Shown in pieces: positions 50,346-63,283 of a DNA stretch of 64,000 nucleotides. Position 1 is the stretch's first letter. Each line of letters opens with the position of its first letter. Under the pieces are notes generated by a model. The model saw only the letters and a program-made list of their open reading frames with translations, searched no databases and was not told the DNA's origin. The position numbers and the translations under genes were made by a program. Source of the DNA: Mobula hypostoma (taxonomy: Eukaryota); the NCBI RefSeq assembly GCF_963921235.1, contig NC_086097.1, positions 215,018,001 through 215,082,000 on the forward strand. The letters are read 5' to 3'.

Positions 50346-52222
50346 GCAGTGCACTATTTGTAAACAAGAACACTAACATGAATGCCACTGTGATAGATCA
50401 GATACCATGGTGCAGTTGGCTTTTCTAACCTTTCGGCTAGAAGTGCAAAGAACTAAACATCTGAAAAGGACTTTTGCCATGTTTTCAGGGGAATGAGTTC
50501 AGAGGAGGACTTATCTATATATTAACCAAGATTCAACAAGAAAGATGTGATAGGGAGTTGCACTGAATGCTGCAATCAGACGTAGCCAACTCAACCTTCG
50601 ACACAAACTTTTCAGTGTCATTCCAGTTTATACTTAGACTAACTTTTCTGTAATCACTAAACATGCCGACAATGGGTAGATCCAATTGCAAACTAAGGTT
50701 TAGCACTTTCATTTTGCTTCCTCCTGAAGCAGAAGAGGATCCTCATGTAGCTGTGCAAGTTAACTGCACTGTACAAACTGTAAAGTGCAAGGGGTCATTA
50801 ATGAAATCAATACATCCAAAAAGCAGCAAACTCCCTCTCCTGTTATCAATGCTTGCTCCTATTGATTTGTTGTTCATGATTCCCCAGCGTTTTCTTTTTA
50901 ATCACATTAACTAATGCTGCCCTTGCTGAGAAACAGCTCTCAAAATAAGGATGATTCGCATTTCATAGGAGCTTATCATGCTCTTGGTCACCAGGGACAA
51001 CACTGTGTAGCTGGTATAGTTTATTCAAGGCCCTTTGTCAACAGGATGTTTAGTTTAAGGCCTGTTCTCTTGCAAATTTCAGTAAAGTAATCGATGTTGA
51101 TCACCAGTGAGACGCAGACAAGCCTGCACCACTCCTCCCTATCCCTCTTTACACTGGCTACCTCCCCTCTAGTATCAGTCCAGAGGACTGGTCTCAACAT
51201 GAAATATCCATTTCCTCCACAGATACTGCCTGACCTACACAGTTCCTCCAACAGTCTGTGTTTTTCTCTAGAGTCTTACATCTGTCAAACAGTGAAACGC
51301 TCAACCTCTTACGGGATGTGGGAAGACAAGAAGACGTCCTGAGTCCCTGATGACTACAAGTGTGAGAAGTGCATCCAACGACAGCTTCTAACAATCTGCA
51401 TTATGGAGCTGGAGCGGGAACTGGATGATCATTCAGGAGGCTAGGGGTGATAGATCAGACATACAGAGAGATAGTTACACCCAAGGTGCAGGACACAGGA
51501 AACTGGGTGACAGTCAGGAAGGGGAAAAGTGTTAAGGAGCAAATGCCCCCATGGCCATCCCCCTTAACAAGAGGTATATCGCTTTGGATACTGTCAGGGG
51601 AGGATGACCTAACAGAGGAAAGTCACAGTGGTGGGTCTCATCCTCTGTGAATCAGAAGGGAAGGGGGTGGGGGAGAAGAAGCACACTGTGGTGAGAGGGG
51701 ATTCATTAGGGGAACGGACAGGAGGTTCTGTGGGTGAGAACGAGATTCCCAGATGGTACGTTGCCTCCTGGGTGCCAGGGTCCGGGATATCTCAGATTGA
51801 GTCCTCGGCATTCTTAAGTGTAAGGGTGAAAGCCAGAAGTTGTGGTCCATGTAGGTATCAGTGACATGGGTAGGACGAGTAGTGAGGTTCTGCACAGGGA
51901 GTTCAGAGAGTTAGGTGCTAAGTTAAAGGACAGGGCCTCCGGAGTTGTGATCTCAGGATTGCCACCCCTACCATGTGCTAGTGAGACCAGAACTAGGAAG
52001 ATTATACAGTTTAGTATGTGGCTAAGGAGTTGGTGTAGGAGGGAGGGCAAAAGATTTTTGGATCATTGGGTTTTCCTCCAGGGTAGGTGGGACCTGAATA
52101 CATGAACTGGACCTCAGACAAAGTGAGGAATCAAAAGGTTGAGCATGGTGTGAATAGTGTCCTGAGCCTATACTCAAATGAAAGAGGTATATCCTGGCGG
52201 GAAGGTTTGTTAATGCTGCATA

Positions 52223-55168
52223 GTGGGGTTTAAACTAGAGTTGCAGGGGGATGGGAGCCAGAGTGCCAGAACAGTTAGTGGAGAGGTTGTGGAGGTAGAA
52301 GTTGGTAAGACCTCAGACAAAGTGAGGAATCAAAAGGTTGAGCATGGTGTGAATAGTGTCCTGAGCCTATACTCAAATGAAAGAGGTATCATAGGGAAGG
52401 CAGCTAATTGTGCTGAAGATGAGGTAGCTGGTTTACAAACAGAGGCAATGTGTAGTGAGGAGAGGAAGTTGATAGGGCAAAATTGCAGTCAACAGGATGA
52501 GGTGCAACATAAAAGGCATTCAAATATGTTGTATTTGAATGCGCGTAGTAAATGGAATAAGGGAGATGAACTTGCAGCACAGTTGCAAATTGGCAGGTAT
52601 GATGTAGATATCACTGAAGATGTGGAATCGATATGGGTAGAGCTGCGTAACACTAAGGGGCAGAAGACGCTGGTGGGAGTTGTGTACAGGCCACCTAACA
52701 GTAGTAGTGAAGTCGGAGATGGTATTAAACAGGAAATTAGAAATGTGTGCAATAAAGGAACAGCAGTTATAATGGGTGACTTCAATCTACATGTAGATTG
52801 GGTGAACCAAATTGGTAAAGGTGCTGAGGAAGAGGATTTCTTGGAATGTATGCGGGATGGTTTTTTGAACCAACATGTCGAGGAACCGACTAGAGAGCAG
52901 GCTATTCTGGACTGGGTTTTGAGCAATGAGGAAGGGTTAATTAGCGATCTTGTCGTGAGAGGCCCCTTGGGTAAGAGTGACCATAATATGGTGGAATTCT
53001 TCATTAACATGGAGAGTGACATAGTTAATTCAGAAACAAAGGTTCTGAACTTAAAGAGGGGTAACTTTGAAGGTATGAGTCGTGAATTAGATAAGATAGA
53101 CTGGCAAATGACACTTAAAGGATTGACGGTGGATATGCAATGGCAGGCATTTAAAGGTTGCATGGATGAACTACAACAATTGTTCATCCCAGTTTGGCAA
53201 AAGAATAAATCAAGGAAGGTAGTGCACCCGTGGCTGACAAGAGAAATTAGGGATAGTATCAATTCCAAAGAAGTAGCATACAAATTAGCCAGAGAAAGTG
53301 GCTCACCTGAGGACTGGGAGAAATTCAGAGTTCAGCAGAGGAGGACAAAGGGCTTAATTAGGAAGGGGAAAAAAGATTATGAGAGAAAACTGGCAGAGAA
53401 CATAAAAACGGATTGTAAAAGCTTTTATAGATATGTAAAAAGGAAAAGACTGATAAAGACAAATGTAGGTCCCCTGCAGACAGAAACAGGTGAATTGATT
53501 ATGGGGAGCAAGGACATGGCAGACCAATTGAATAATTATTTTGGTTCTGTCTTCACTAAGGAGGACATAAATAATCTTCCAGAAATAGTAAGGGACAGAG
53601 GGTCCAGTGAGATGGAGGAACTGAGTGAAATACATGTTAGTAGGGAAGTGGTGTTAGGTAAATTGAAGGGATTGAAGGCAGATAAATCCCCAGGGCCAGA
53701 TGGTCTGCATCCCAGAGTGCTTAAGGAAGTAGCCCAAGAAATAGTGGATGCATTAGTGATAATTTTTCAAAACTCGTTAGATTCTGGACTAGTTCCTGAG
53801 GATTGGAGGGTGGCTAATGTAACCCCACTTTTTAAAAAAGGAGGGAGAGAGAAACCGGGGAATTATAGGCCCGTTAGCCTAATGTCGGTGGTGGGGAAAC
53901 TGCTGGAGTCAGTTATCAAGGATGTGATAACAGCACATTTGGAAAGCGGTGAAATGATCGGACAAAGTCAGCATGGATTTGTGAAAGGAAAATCATGTCT
54001 GACGAATCTCATAGAATTTTTTGAGGATGTAACTAGTAGAGTGGATAGGGGAGAACCAGTGGATGTGGTATATTTGGATTTTCAAAAGGCTTTTGACAAG
54101 GTCCCACACAGGAGATTAGTGTGCAAACTTAAAGCACACGGTATTGGGGGTAAGGTATTGGTGTGGGTGGAGAATTGGTTAGCAGACAGGAAGCAAAGAG
54201 TGGGAATAAACGGGACCTTTTCAGAATGGCAGGCGGTGACTAGTGGGGTACCGCAAGGCTCAGTGCTGGGACCCCAGTTGTTTACAATATATATTAATGA
54301 CTTGGATGAGGGAATTAAATGCAGCATCTCCAAGTTTGCGGATGACACGAAGCTGGGTGGCAGTGTTAGCAGTGAGGAGGATGCTAAGAGGATGCAGGTT
54401 GACTTGGATAGGTTGGGTGAGTGGGCAAACTCATGGCAGATGCAATTTAATGTGGATAAATGTGAAGTTATCCACTTTGGTGGCAAAAATAGGAAAACAG
54501 ATTATTATCTGAATGGTGGCCGATTAGGAAAAGGGGAGGTGCAACGAGACCTGGGTGTCATTATACACCAGTCATTGAAAGTGGGCATGCAGGTACAGCA
54601 GGCGGTGAAAAAGGCGAACAGTATGCTGGCATTTATAACGAGAGGATTCGAGTACAGGAGCAGGGAGGTACTACTGCAGTTGTACAAGGCCTTGGTGAGA
54701 CCACACCTGGAGTATTGTGTGCAGTTTTGGTCCCCTAATCTGAGGAAAGACATCTTTGCCATAGAGGGAGTACAAAGAAGGTTCACCAGATTGATTCCTG
54801 GGATGGCAGGTCTTTCATATGAAGAAAGACTGGATGAACTGGGCTTGTACTCGTTGGAATTTAGAAGATTGAGGGGGGATCTGATTGAAACGTATAAGAT
54901 CCTAAAGGGATTGGACAGGCTAGATGCGGGAAGATTGTTCCCGATGTTGGGGAGGTCCAGAACGAGGGGTCACAGTTTGAGGATAGAGGGGAAGCCTTTT
55001 AGGACCGAGATTAGGAAAAACTTCTTCACACAGAGAGTGGTGAATCTGTGGAATTCTCTGCCACAGCAAACTGTTGAGGCCAGTTCATTAGCTATGTTTA
55101 AAAGGAAGTTAGATATGGCCCTTGTGGCTACAGGGGTCAGGGGGTATGGAGGGAAGGCTGGGTTCTGA
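52223..55168 (+). CDS. Chimeric 981-aa CR1 ORF2 (old N-terminus fused in frame to young EN-RT)
   Basis: ...GRYDVDITE|DVESIWVELRN...; downstream part near-identical to ORF 18394-21444. Confidence 0.7.
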   Translation: MGFKLELQGDGSQSARTVSGEVVEVEVGKTSDKVRNQKVEHGVNSVLSLYSNERGIIGKAANCAEDEVAGLQTEAMCSEERKLIGQNCSQQDEVQHKRHSNMLYLNARSKWNKGDELAAQLQIGRYDVDITEDVESIWVELRNTKGQKTLVGVVYRPPNSSSEVGDGIKQEIRNVCNKGTAVIMGDFNLHVDWVNQIGKGAEEEDFLECMRDGFLNQHVEEPTREQAILDWVLSNEEGLISDLVVRGPLGKSDHNMVEFFINMESDIVNSETKVLNLKRGNFEGMSRELDKIDWQMTLKGLTVDMQWQAFKGCMDELQQLFIPVWQKNKSRKVVHPWLTREIRDSINSKEVAYKLARESGSPEDWEKFRVQQRRTKGLIRKGKKDYERKLAENIKTDCKSFYRYVKRKRLIKTNVGPLQTETGELIMGSKDMADQLNNYFGSVFTKEDINNLPEIVRDRGSSEMEELSEIHVSREVVLGKLKGLKADKSPGPDGLHPRVLKEVAQEIVDALVIIFQNSLDSGLVPEDWRVANVTPLFKKGGREKPGNYRPVSLMSVVGKLLESVIKDVITAHLESGEMIGQSQHGFVKGKSCLTNLIEFFEDVTSRVDRGEPVDVVYLDFQKAFDKVPHRRLVCKLKAHGIGGKVLVWVENWLADRKQRVGINGTFSEWQAVTSGVPQGSVLGPQLFTIYINDLDEGIKCSISKFADDTKLGGSVSSEEDAKRMQVDLDRLGEWANSWQMQFNVDKCEVIHFGGKNRKTDYYLNGGRLGKGEVQRDLGVIIHQSLKVGMQVQQAVKKANSMLAFITRGFEYRSREVLLQLYKALVRPHLEYCVQFWSPNLRKDIFAIEGVQRRFTRLIPGMAGLSYEERLDELGLYSLEFRRLRGDLIETYKILKGLDRLDAGRLFPMLGRSRTRGHSLRIEGKPFRTEIRKNFFTQRVVNLWNSLPQQTVEASSLAMFKRKLDMALVATGVRGYGGKAGF

Positions 55169-55260
55169 GTTGGATGATCAGCCATGATCATAATAAATGG
55201 CGGTGCAGGCTCGAAGGGCCGAATGGCCTACTCCTGCACCTATTTTCTATGTTTCTATGT
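52619..55260 (+). mobile_element. Young 5'-truncated CR1 with 17-bp TSD
   Basis: ATGTAGATATCACTGAA at 52602-52618 and 55257-55273. Confidence 0.95.
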
Positions 55261-58200
55261 AGATATCACTGAATCATGGCTGAAAGGAGATTACAGCTGG
55301 GAGCATAATGTCCAAGGATACACATTGTATCGAAAGGACAGGCAGGAAGGCAGAGGGGGTGGGCGTTGCTCTGTTGGTAAAAAATGAAATCAAATCATTA
55401 GAAAGAGGTGACATAGGGTCAGAAGGTGCTGAATCATTGTGAATAGAGCTAAGGGACTGCAAAGGTAAAAAGTACCCTGACAGACCCCCAAACAGAGGTA
55501 AGGATGTGGCCTACAAATTACAATGGGAGATGGAACATGCATGCCAAAAGGGCAATGATACAATAGTCATGGGGTACTTCAATATGCAGGTAGATTGGTA
55601 AAATCAGGTTTGGCACTGGATGACAGGAGGGAACTTTTCTAGAGTACATATGAGATGGCTTTTTCGAGCAGCTCGTGGTTGAACCCCCTAGAAGATCAGC
55701 TGTTCTGGATTGGGTGTTGTGTAATGAACCAGAATTGATTCGAGAGCTTAAGGTAAAATAACCCTGAGGGCAAGTGATCATAATATGATTGAATTCACCC
55801 TGAAATTTGAGAAGGACAAGCTAAAATCCAATGTATCAGTATTACAGTGGAGTAAAGGGATTTGCTAAGGATTTAGCCAGAATTGATTGGAAAAGAACAC
55901 AGGCAGGGCTGATGGCAGAGCAGCAATGGCTGGAATTTCTGGCACAGGATATATACATCGAAAAAAGGAAGAAGTATTCTAAAGGAAAGATGACACAACC
56001 GAGACTAACAAGAGAAGTCAAAGCCAACATAGAAATATATAATAGACCAACAATCAGTGGGAGCTTAGAGGATTAGGAAGCTTTTAAAAACGAACAGAAT
56101 GCAACTGAGTCATTAAGAAGGTAAAGATGGAATACAGAAGTAAACTCGCCAATAATATTAAAGAGAATACCAAAAGTTTCTTCAGGTACATAAAGTGTAA
56201 AAGAGAGGCAAGAGTGAATATCGGACCTCTGGAAAACGATGGTGGAGAGTTAGTAATGGGGGGATAATGAAATGGCAGATGAACTGAATCAACATTTTGC
56301 ATCAGTCTTCAGGATGAAGACACTAGCAGTATAATGGAAATTCCAGCTGACAGGGGTCATGAAGTGTGTGAAGTTACCATAATTAGAGAGAAGGTTCTTG
56401 GGAAACTGAAAGGTCTGAAGGTAGATAAGTCATCTGGACCAGACTGTGTACCGCCCAGAGTTCTGAAAGAGGTGGCTGAAGAAATCGCGGAGGCATTAGT
56501 AATGACCTTTCAAGAATCACGAGATTAGGGAATGGTTCTGGAAGACTGGAAAATTGCAAATGTCACTCCACTCTTCAAAAAGTGAGAGAGGCAGAAGTTA
56601 GTCTGACTCAGTGTTTGGGAAGATGTTGGAGTCGATTGGTAAGGATGAGGTCTCAGGGTACTTGGAGTCACATGATAAAATAGGCCATAGACAGCATGGT
56701 TTCCTCAAGGGAAATTTGTTGAAATTCTTTGAAGAAATAACAAGCAGGATAGACAAATGAGAATCGGTTCATGTTGTGTACTGGGATTTTAAGAATTTTA
56801 AGAAGGCCTTTGACAAGGTGTCACACATGAGGCTGCTTAACAAGCTATGAGCCCATGGAATTATAGGAAAGATTCTAGCATTGATAAAGCAGTAGCTGAT
56901 TGGAAGGAGGCAAAGAGTGGGAATAAAGGGAGCCTTTTCTGGTTGGTTGTTGGTGACCAGTAATGTTCCACAGGGATCTGTGTTGGGACCAATTCTTTTT
57001 ATGTTATATATCAATCATTTGTATGATAGAATTGATGGCTTTGCTGCAAAGTTTGCAGATGACGTGAAGATAGCTGGAAACAGCAGATAGTTTTGAGGAA
57101 GTAGAGAGGCTACAGAAGAACTTAGGAGAATGGGCAAAGAGATGGCAAGTGGAATACAATGTCGGGAATTGTATAGACATGCACTTTGATAGAAGTGGAA
57201 GATTTGACTGTTTTCTAAATGGAGAGAAAATACAAAAAACTGAGGTCAAAGGACTTGGGAGTCCTTGTGCAGGGTTCCCTAAAGGATAACTTGCAGGTTG
57301 AGTCTGTGGTGAGGAAGGCAAATGAAATGCCAGCATTCATTTCAAGAGGGCAGGAATATAAAAGCCAGTATGTAATACTGAGATTTTATAAAGCACTGGT
57401 GAGGTCTCACTTGGAGTATTGAGAGCAGGTTTTGGGCCCTTATCTTAGAAAGGATGTGCTGAAACTGGAGAGGGTTCAAAGGAGTTTCATGAAAATAATT
57501 CCAGGGTTGAATGATTTGTCATATGAAGAGTGTTTGATGGCTCAGGGTCTGTATTCACTAGAATTCAGAAGAATGAGTGGTGACCTTACTGAAACCTGTT
57601 GATGGGTAAGGCCTTGATAGAGTGGATGTGGAGAGAATGTTTTCAATGATGAGAGAGTCTAAGACCAGAACACAACCTCAGAGTAGAGGGGCATCTTTTA
57701 GAATGGAGAGGAGAAGGAATTTCTTTAGTCAGAGGATGGTAAATCTGTGGAATTCTTTGCCATAGGCAGCTATGGAGGCCAAGTCTTCATGTATATTTAA
57801 GGCAAAGGTTGATATATTCAGGGCACAAAGGGAAATGAGGAGAAGGCAGGAGATTCAGGCTGAGTGGAAAATTGGATCAGCCATGATAAAATGGCAGAGC
57901 AGACTCAATGGGCCAAGTAGCCTAATTCTGCTCCTATATCTTATGGTCTTATCTGCAATCTTCTGAGTCTCCTGCTTGCTCATTTAGTCAGATCAGGTCC
58001 CAGGTTCCTTTCGTAACACATTGAGGTCTCTTTCTCTGGAGCCATGAAGCAGTAGGTCTCACTGATAATTGTTAAATGTTATTAGATATGTTGCAGTGAA
58101 TATGATTAGTTTGGAATTTTTCAGTAGTTCTACTGAATCATGGACAGACTGCGTCAAAAGGATAGAACAATTTTACTTTGCTGCAAGTAACACTGCAGAT

Positions 58201-59559
58201 TGCTGTTCATCCTATTGTGGCAGAAATTTGGAAGTGATGTTTTGGGATTCCGTAATATCTAAAGAGGATGCTCACTGTAAAGAAACTGAATTTTATACAG
58301 ACATTAGCTGAGCAAGCACAGGATTTGGAACACCACCAAGCAAAGGCCTGGACTGTTGAGATGTTGAAGCCTAACTTTGTTGGCATCTTTGGGAAAACCG
58401 AGGAACTATCCAAATGGGAATTGTTATCACTGTGACAACACAAACCCAGAGGTAATGAATACAAAGTGCCTCTTCCCTGTAATCAATATTCTCAGGGGAA
58501 ATTTACCAACAGTTTTATTGAAAGCAAAGCTACATAAAAGAAGACCGGGCTGAAATCAAATAATACATACCCCACTGGGAAGAAAAGTAAAGTGTATCAT
58601 AAACAAACTAATTGAAGTAGGAGACCTTAATGTGACCAAACTGTTCACACTGTCAGAACTATACCAAACCTTTCTGTACATCAGTGGAAGTTGACAAGAC
58701 TGCAAGCAGGAATATTTCACAATGCTGACCAGAAAATCAGGTATGACATAAGTTTAAAGGAACACTCAAAGATAAATAAGTTTAAAGGAACACTGAAAGA
58801 TAAATTAACACCTTGGACTGTTAGACTTCTATTTAGAATCGTATCAGCTCTGTGCATTTTCTGGGGACAATGGGTTGTTTGATCCAAGTGGCACTGTAGT
58901 TTTTGTAACTGCTGCATTTGTGCCTGGAAGGACAGTAGGACCATGAGAAGGAAATTGGAAGATACTTCAAAGATTCTGAGATGTAGAAATGCAGCTGAAG
59001 AAAGGCATGCATCTTTGCTACCTCAGATGTAGCTTATCTGGAAAACAGTGGACACTGAAAAACTCCACCAATTTCAATACAAGGTTAAAGCTACATTGGA
59101 TCCACCTAGTCCAAAGGTCTTGACAGTTGAAGATATTCTTATGACTTCTCAAATACTATGATAATTCCTGCCATCTTCATCCAAAATGTTTGAACATTTA
59201 CAATAGTTGCTGGACCACAACCAATACGAAAATAGAAATGAACAAGAAGCTGTGATCCGAGGTTTAATTCTCATGTTCCTATTCATTATGATTGAGTGAA
59301 GCCTCTGTCCTGTGGTGCATGTCCTTGCAGGGTTGGTCCTAAATTGCCACACCCCCAGAAGAATGATGAGCAAACTGTCAGGTTTACATCAAGCTCCTTT
59401 CCCAAGGTAAAGTAATGTTACTTACATCTGAACAATGAATTCTTAACTTTTATCAATGGAGTAATGAATTTGTACAGATACTTGCAAGGCCAGAACCTTG
59501 TGGTTATCATAAGCCTCTGAGAATTTTTAGTAGCTCCAAGGGAATAAACAGACTGATTT

Positions 59560-60510
59560 GGTTAAAGTGAAGGGGTGACATTGTCATTGGCTGCATCTGG
59601 TTACTCCACCAATGGCAGATGGATTTTAATTTCGATATGTGTCTGGTGTTGCACTTTGGAAAGTCATTGATGTACAGAGAGATTTGGGGGTTCTGGTCCA
59701 TAGTTCCCTGAAAGTGGCCACACAAGTAGATATGGCATGCTTGCCTTCATTATTTAGAAGAGTAATGAGGACATGTTGTACCTATACAAAACTTTGCTTA
59801 AGCTGCATAGAGCATTGTGCATGATTTTGATCACCCCATTACAGGAAGGATGTGGAGGCTTTGGACAGCATACAGAAGAGGTTTAGCAATATACTGCTTG
59901 GAAGAGAGGACATGAACCATAAGGAGAGATTAGACAAACCAGGGTAGTTTTCTCTGGAGTGTCTGAGGCTGAGGGGAGATCTGATAATAGTTTATAAAAT
60001 TATGAGAGGCATAGATAGGATAGAAGTATCAAATACTGGAGGACATGCACAAGGAGAGAAGGTTAAAGTTTAAATGAGATGTGTGCAGCCTGTTTTATTT
60101 TGCACTAGGAGTGCTAGTTGTCTTGAATGGGCTTCCAAGCAGAGCAGTTGACACAGGTGTGATAGTAGCATTCAAGAGGCTTGTAGATAGGACTCTCATT
60201 CTCCTTCACTCCAGAGAAAAGCCTTATCTTGAATTTTCAATCTTCAAAATCATCATTTGTGATGTGAAATTATTCAAAGCTGCATGTATTCTCTTTGAAT
60301 GTGCATTTACCATTATTATGATAATTCTTTCCATAAATGGGCCTGAAAATCACATTTATCCCTGCTCATGGTTTATTCAGTTAGAACCATGGGTTGAGAG
60401 GATCCATTGACACTTAGAGGCAGACGAGATTCAGTTTAACTTGGCATACTCTTTGGCACAGGCATCAAGCGCCAAAGGGCCTGTTCCTGTGCTGTGTTAT
60501 TCTAACTCCT
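59560..60510 (+). mobile_element. Old CR1 3' fragment
   Basis: QRDLGVLVHSSLKVATQVD in ORF 59639-59824; CR1-type 3' UTR near 60470. Confidence 0.75.
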
Positions 60511-60584
60511 ATGCACATTTGGTAGTACAACAGGGCAGAACAGAGTGCTGATGTGCTAAACTGATGCATTATTTTGTGAAATTC

Positions 60585-61608
60585 TGTCATAAGGGGGCAT
60601 TGAAGGCGTACAGAAATGCAAGACACAGATACTGAAGTACTGGGAACTGGACTGGACTGGAGTTAGGGACGGGACTGGACACAGACTAGGAGCTGGGACG
60701 GAAACACAGACTTGGGCTAGGAAAGTGGGACCAGGACAAGGAACTGAGAATTAAGAGCCTAGACTTGGACTCCGAGCCAGAGACCGGACAAGGACCCAAA
60801 ACCTGGGACTTGACTCGGGCTCAGACCCCGGAACTAGGTGAGGACACGTCCTGGGTTCTTCAAGGCTCAGGTCACTTAGGCCCTTGAGTACGGAGCCCGG
60901 GCTCCTTCTTAGAGCACAGAGCCGGGACCGTTCCTAGGATGCAGGGCCAGGATGCTTACTAGGATGCAGAGCCAGGATGACTGCCGAGGTAAACTGCCGA
61001 GGAAACTGTCAGAGATTCAGATGAAGAGGGGAAGGGAACAGTCCACCCTCAGGGTAACAGCAAAGACAGCCTGGCTTACCCAACAGAGGCAAGGACAGGA
61101 ATGGACAGATCCAACCGCAGGGTAACGGCAAGGACGGCCTGACTTACCCCACAGAGGTGAGGACAGGAAGGGAGCTCAGTCCAGGGTGGCTCTGAGTCTT
61201 GGGACGGCCAGCAACCTTTGCTGGCCACGGAAACAGCCGAATCCATATCTAGCTCGGAGTGACAGACGGCCACTCAGCTGGCCCCAGAAACAGCCAAATC
61301 CATACCACGATGACTGCTGCAATGAGAGACAACAAGGCTCCCTGAAGCGATGGTCCTCAAACCAGGCCTAGAGATCACAAATGGCTACTCTAGCCTTCAA
61401 CCGGCGGATTGCTCCAAGGGGATACCAACAAGACAAACTAACCCCCACATTTGATCCCAGGGCTACTTATATTCCCAGCCCCAAGATGAGCATCAGGTGT
61501 CTATGATTAAGCCCAACTGAAACAAGGGACAGCCGGAAGACCCGGAGTCCGGAGTCTACAGACCGGACCGTGAACCAGAATGCGGACCTCACGGACCGGA
61601 CCGTGACA
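60585..61608 (-). mobile_element. Probable solo LTR with internal tandem sub-repeats
   Basis: TGTCA...TGACA ends; flanks AATTC and AATAC (4/5 match); internal repeats GGACT, CAGAGCC and GGGTAAC.GCAA.GAC.GCCTG. Confidence 0.5.
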
Positions 61609-62089
61609 AATACCAATACCAGGTGAATCATATCATTACCAAAACACATGGATAATTCACTATTTATGATTTATAATTTAAATTTTTAATATTTACTATT
61701 GATTTGTATTCCAGGGAGCAGGAAGTGCAGAATCAAATATCACTGTGACGAACGTTCTAGTATCAATTGTTTGGCGACAATAAGGTATAAAGTATAAAGT
61801 ATAAAGTATTCAAACTCCAACAGCTAGCACATCAAGACATAACTACAGCCCTTTAAGGTGTACAAAAACAGCACAGATGGAAAGAGAATGTGAAGATGAA
61901 GGCATGATCTATGTATCCAGAATGATGTGGTCCTTTGGAGATCCAGCATTGATGTTTCGCCAGAGGGAAAAGCAATTATTGTGATGTCAATGCAAGTAGA
62001 ACACACTGAGTTTACCTCACATCAAGCAAGTTAGCAGAAGTTCTGTTCTCTGGTTGGTCATACCTTTGGGCCCCAATCTGACAAAACAT

Positions 62090-62740
62090 GTGCTGGCCTT
62101 AGACAAGGTCCAGAAGGGATTTACTAGAGTAAACCCTGGATCATTCAAGACAACTAGAACATAAAAACAAGTATGTAATGCTGAGGCTTTATAAGGCATT
62201 GGTCAGAGTCAGACCACACTTGGAATATTGTAGCAGCTTTGGGCCTTGAAATAAGAAAGGACGTGCTGACATTGGAGAGGGTCCAGAGGAAGTTCATGAG
62301 AATGAGCCCAGGAATTAAAGAATTAAGATATAATGAGTGTTTGATAGCTCACTGGAGTTTAGGCAAATGAGGGCTATCTCATTGAAACCTACTAAATACT
62401 GAAAGGCATGGAAAGAATGGACACGGAGAGGATGATTTCAATAGAGGGAGAATCAAAGACCAGTGTGCATGGCCTCAAAGTAGAAGGAAATTACTTTACA
62501 AAAGAGATGAGGAGAAACTTCTTTGGCTGGAAGTCGGTGAATCTGTGGAATTCATTGTCACAGACAGCTGTTGTAGCCAAGTCATTGGGTATACTTGAAG
62601 CAGAGGATAATAGATTCTTCATTAGCGTGGGGACAGGGGGGAAGATGGGAGAATGTAGTTGAAAGGGAAAACACATCAGCCATGATCAAATAGCAGAACA
62701 GACCTGATGGGTCGAATTGCCAAATTCTGCTCCCAGGTCT
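62090..62740 (+). mobile_element. Old CR1 3' fragment
   Basis: ORF 62408-62662 EMRRNFF...VNLWNSL. Confidence 0.8.
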
Positions 62741-62837
62741 AACGGTTAGGGTCATAAACAAGGAGCTGGAGGACACCGTGAAGGAACGCAAGCAATGTAA
62801 ACAGCATTGCAGGAATCCACCAGTGGATCCTCTCCAC

Positions 62838-63283
62838 CACCATTCCCTCTAAGCTGGTAGGGTGCGTGGCTGCGTAGTAACTGAAATGCTCCTTTGCACA
62901 TAGCCTTTGTTGCCATGCAGCTGGAATTTTCTTTTGTATAATGTTAAGATAATTTTGAAATTATACTAATATAATTTTGAAATTTCTATATATTTGTAAA
63001 ATACCTTGTAATTAATTATTAATTAATGAATTAAATCCATAAATTTTCTAAATAATAAACATACTACTTTGAAACTTTTTAGAGCTTGCACAGTTACATT
63101 TTCAGTGTTTCAAGTTACAACACTTTGCAAATTGTAACAATAAACACAGAATGAAAGTTGTTAGCTCATTGTTAAACAATCAGCCCACTGAACGCTGACG
63201 CAGTTTTCCGGCCATGTAAAAATTTCCTGTTCAGAGCAATGGTTAGTCTGTGCGGCTGTTAAAAAAAAATAGAGGGAACGTTG
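62838..63283. mobile_element. Non-autonomous hAT-type DNA transposon (MITE, 446 bp)
   Basis: 14-bp imperfect TIR CACCATTCCCTCTA / TAGAGGGAACGTTG; 8-bp TSD CTCTCCAC / CTCTCAAC; AT-rich interior. Confidence 0.78.

Larger units (their letters stand above)
51290..57950 (+). mobile_element. Old CR1 sequence (ORF1 remnant plus ORF2, possibly two subfamilies joined near 52400) hosting a young CR1
   Basis: ORF 51842-52105 (esterase-like VHVGISD); decayed EN/RT at 55274-57950. Confidence 0.85.
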
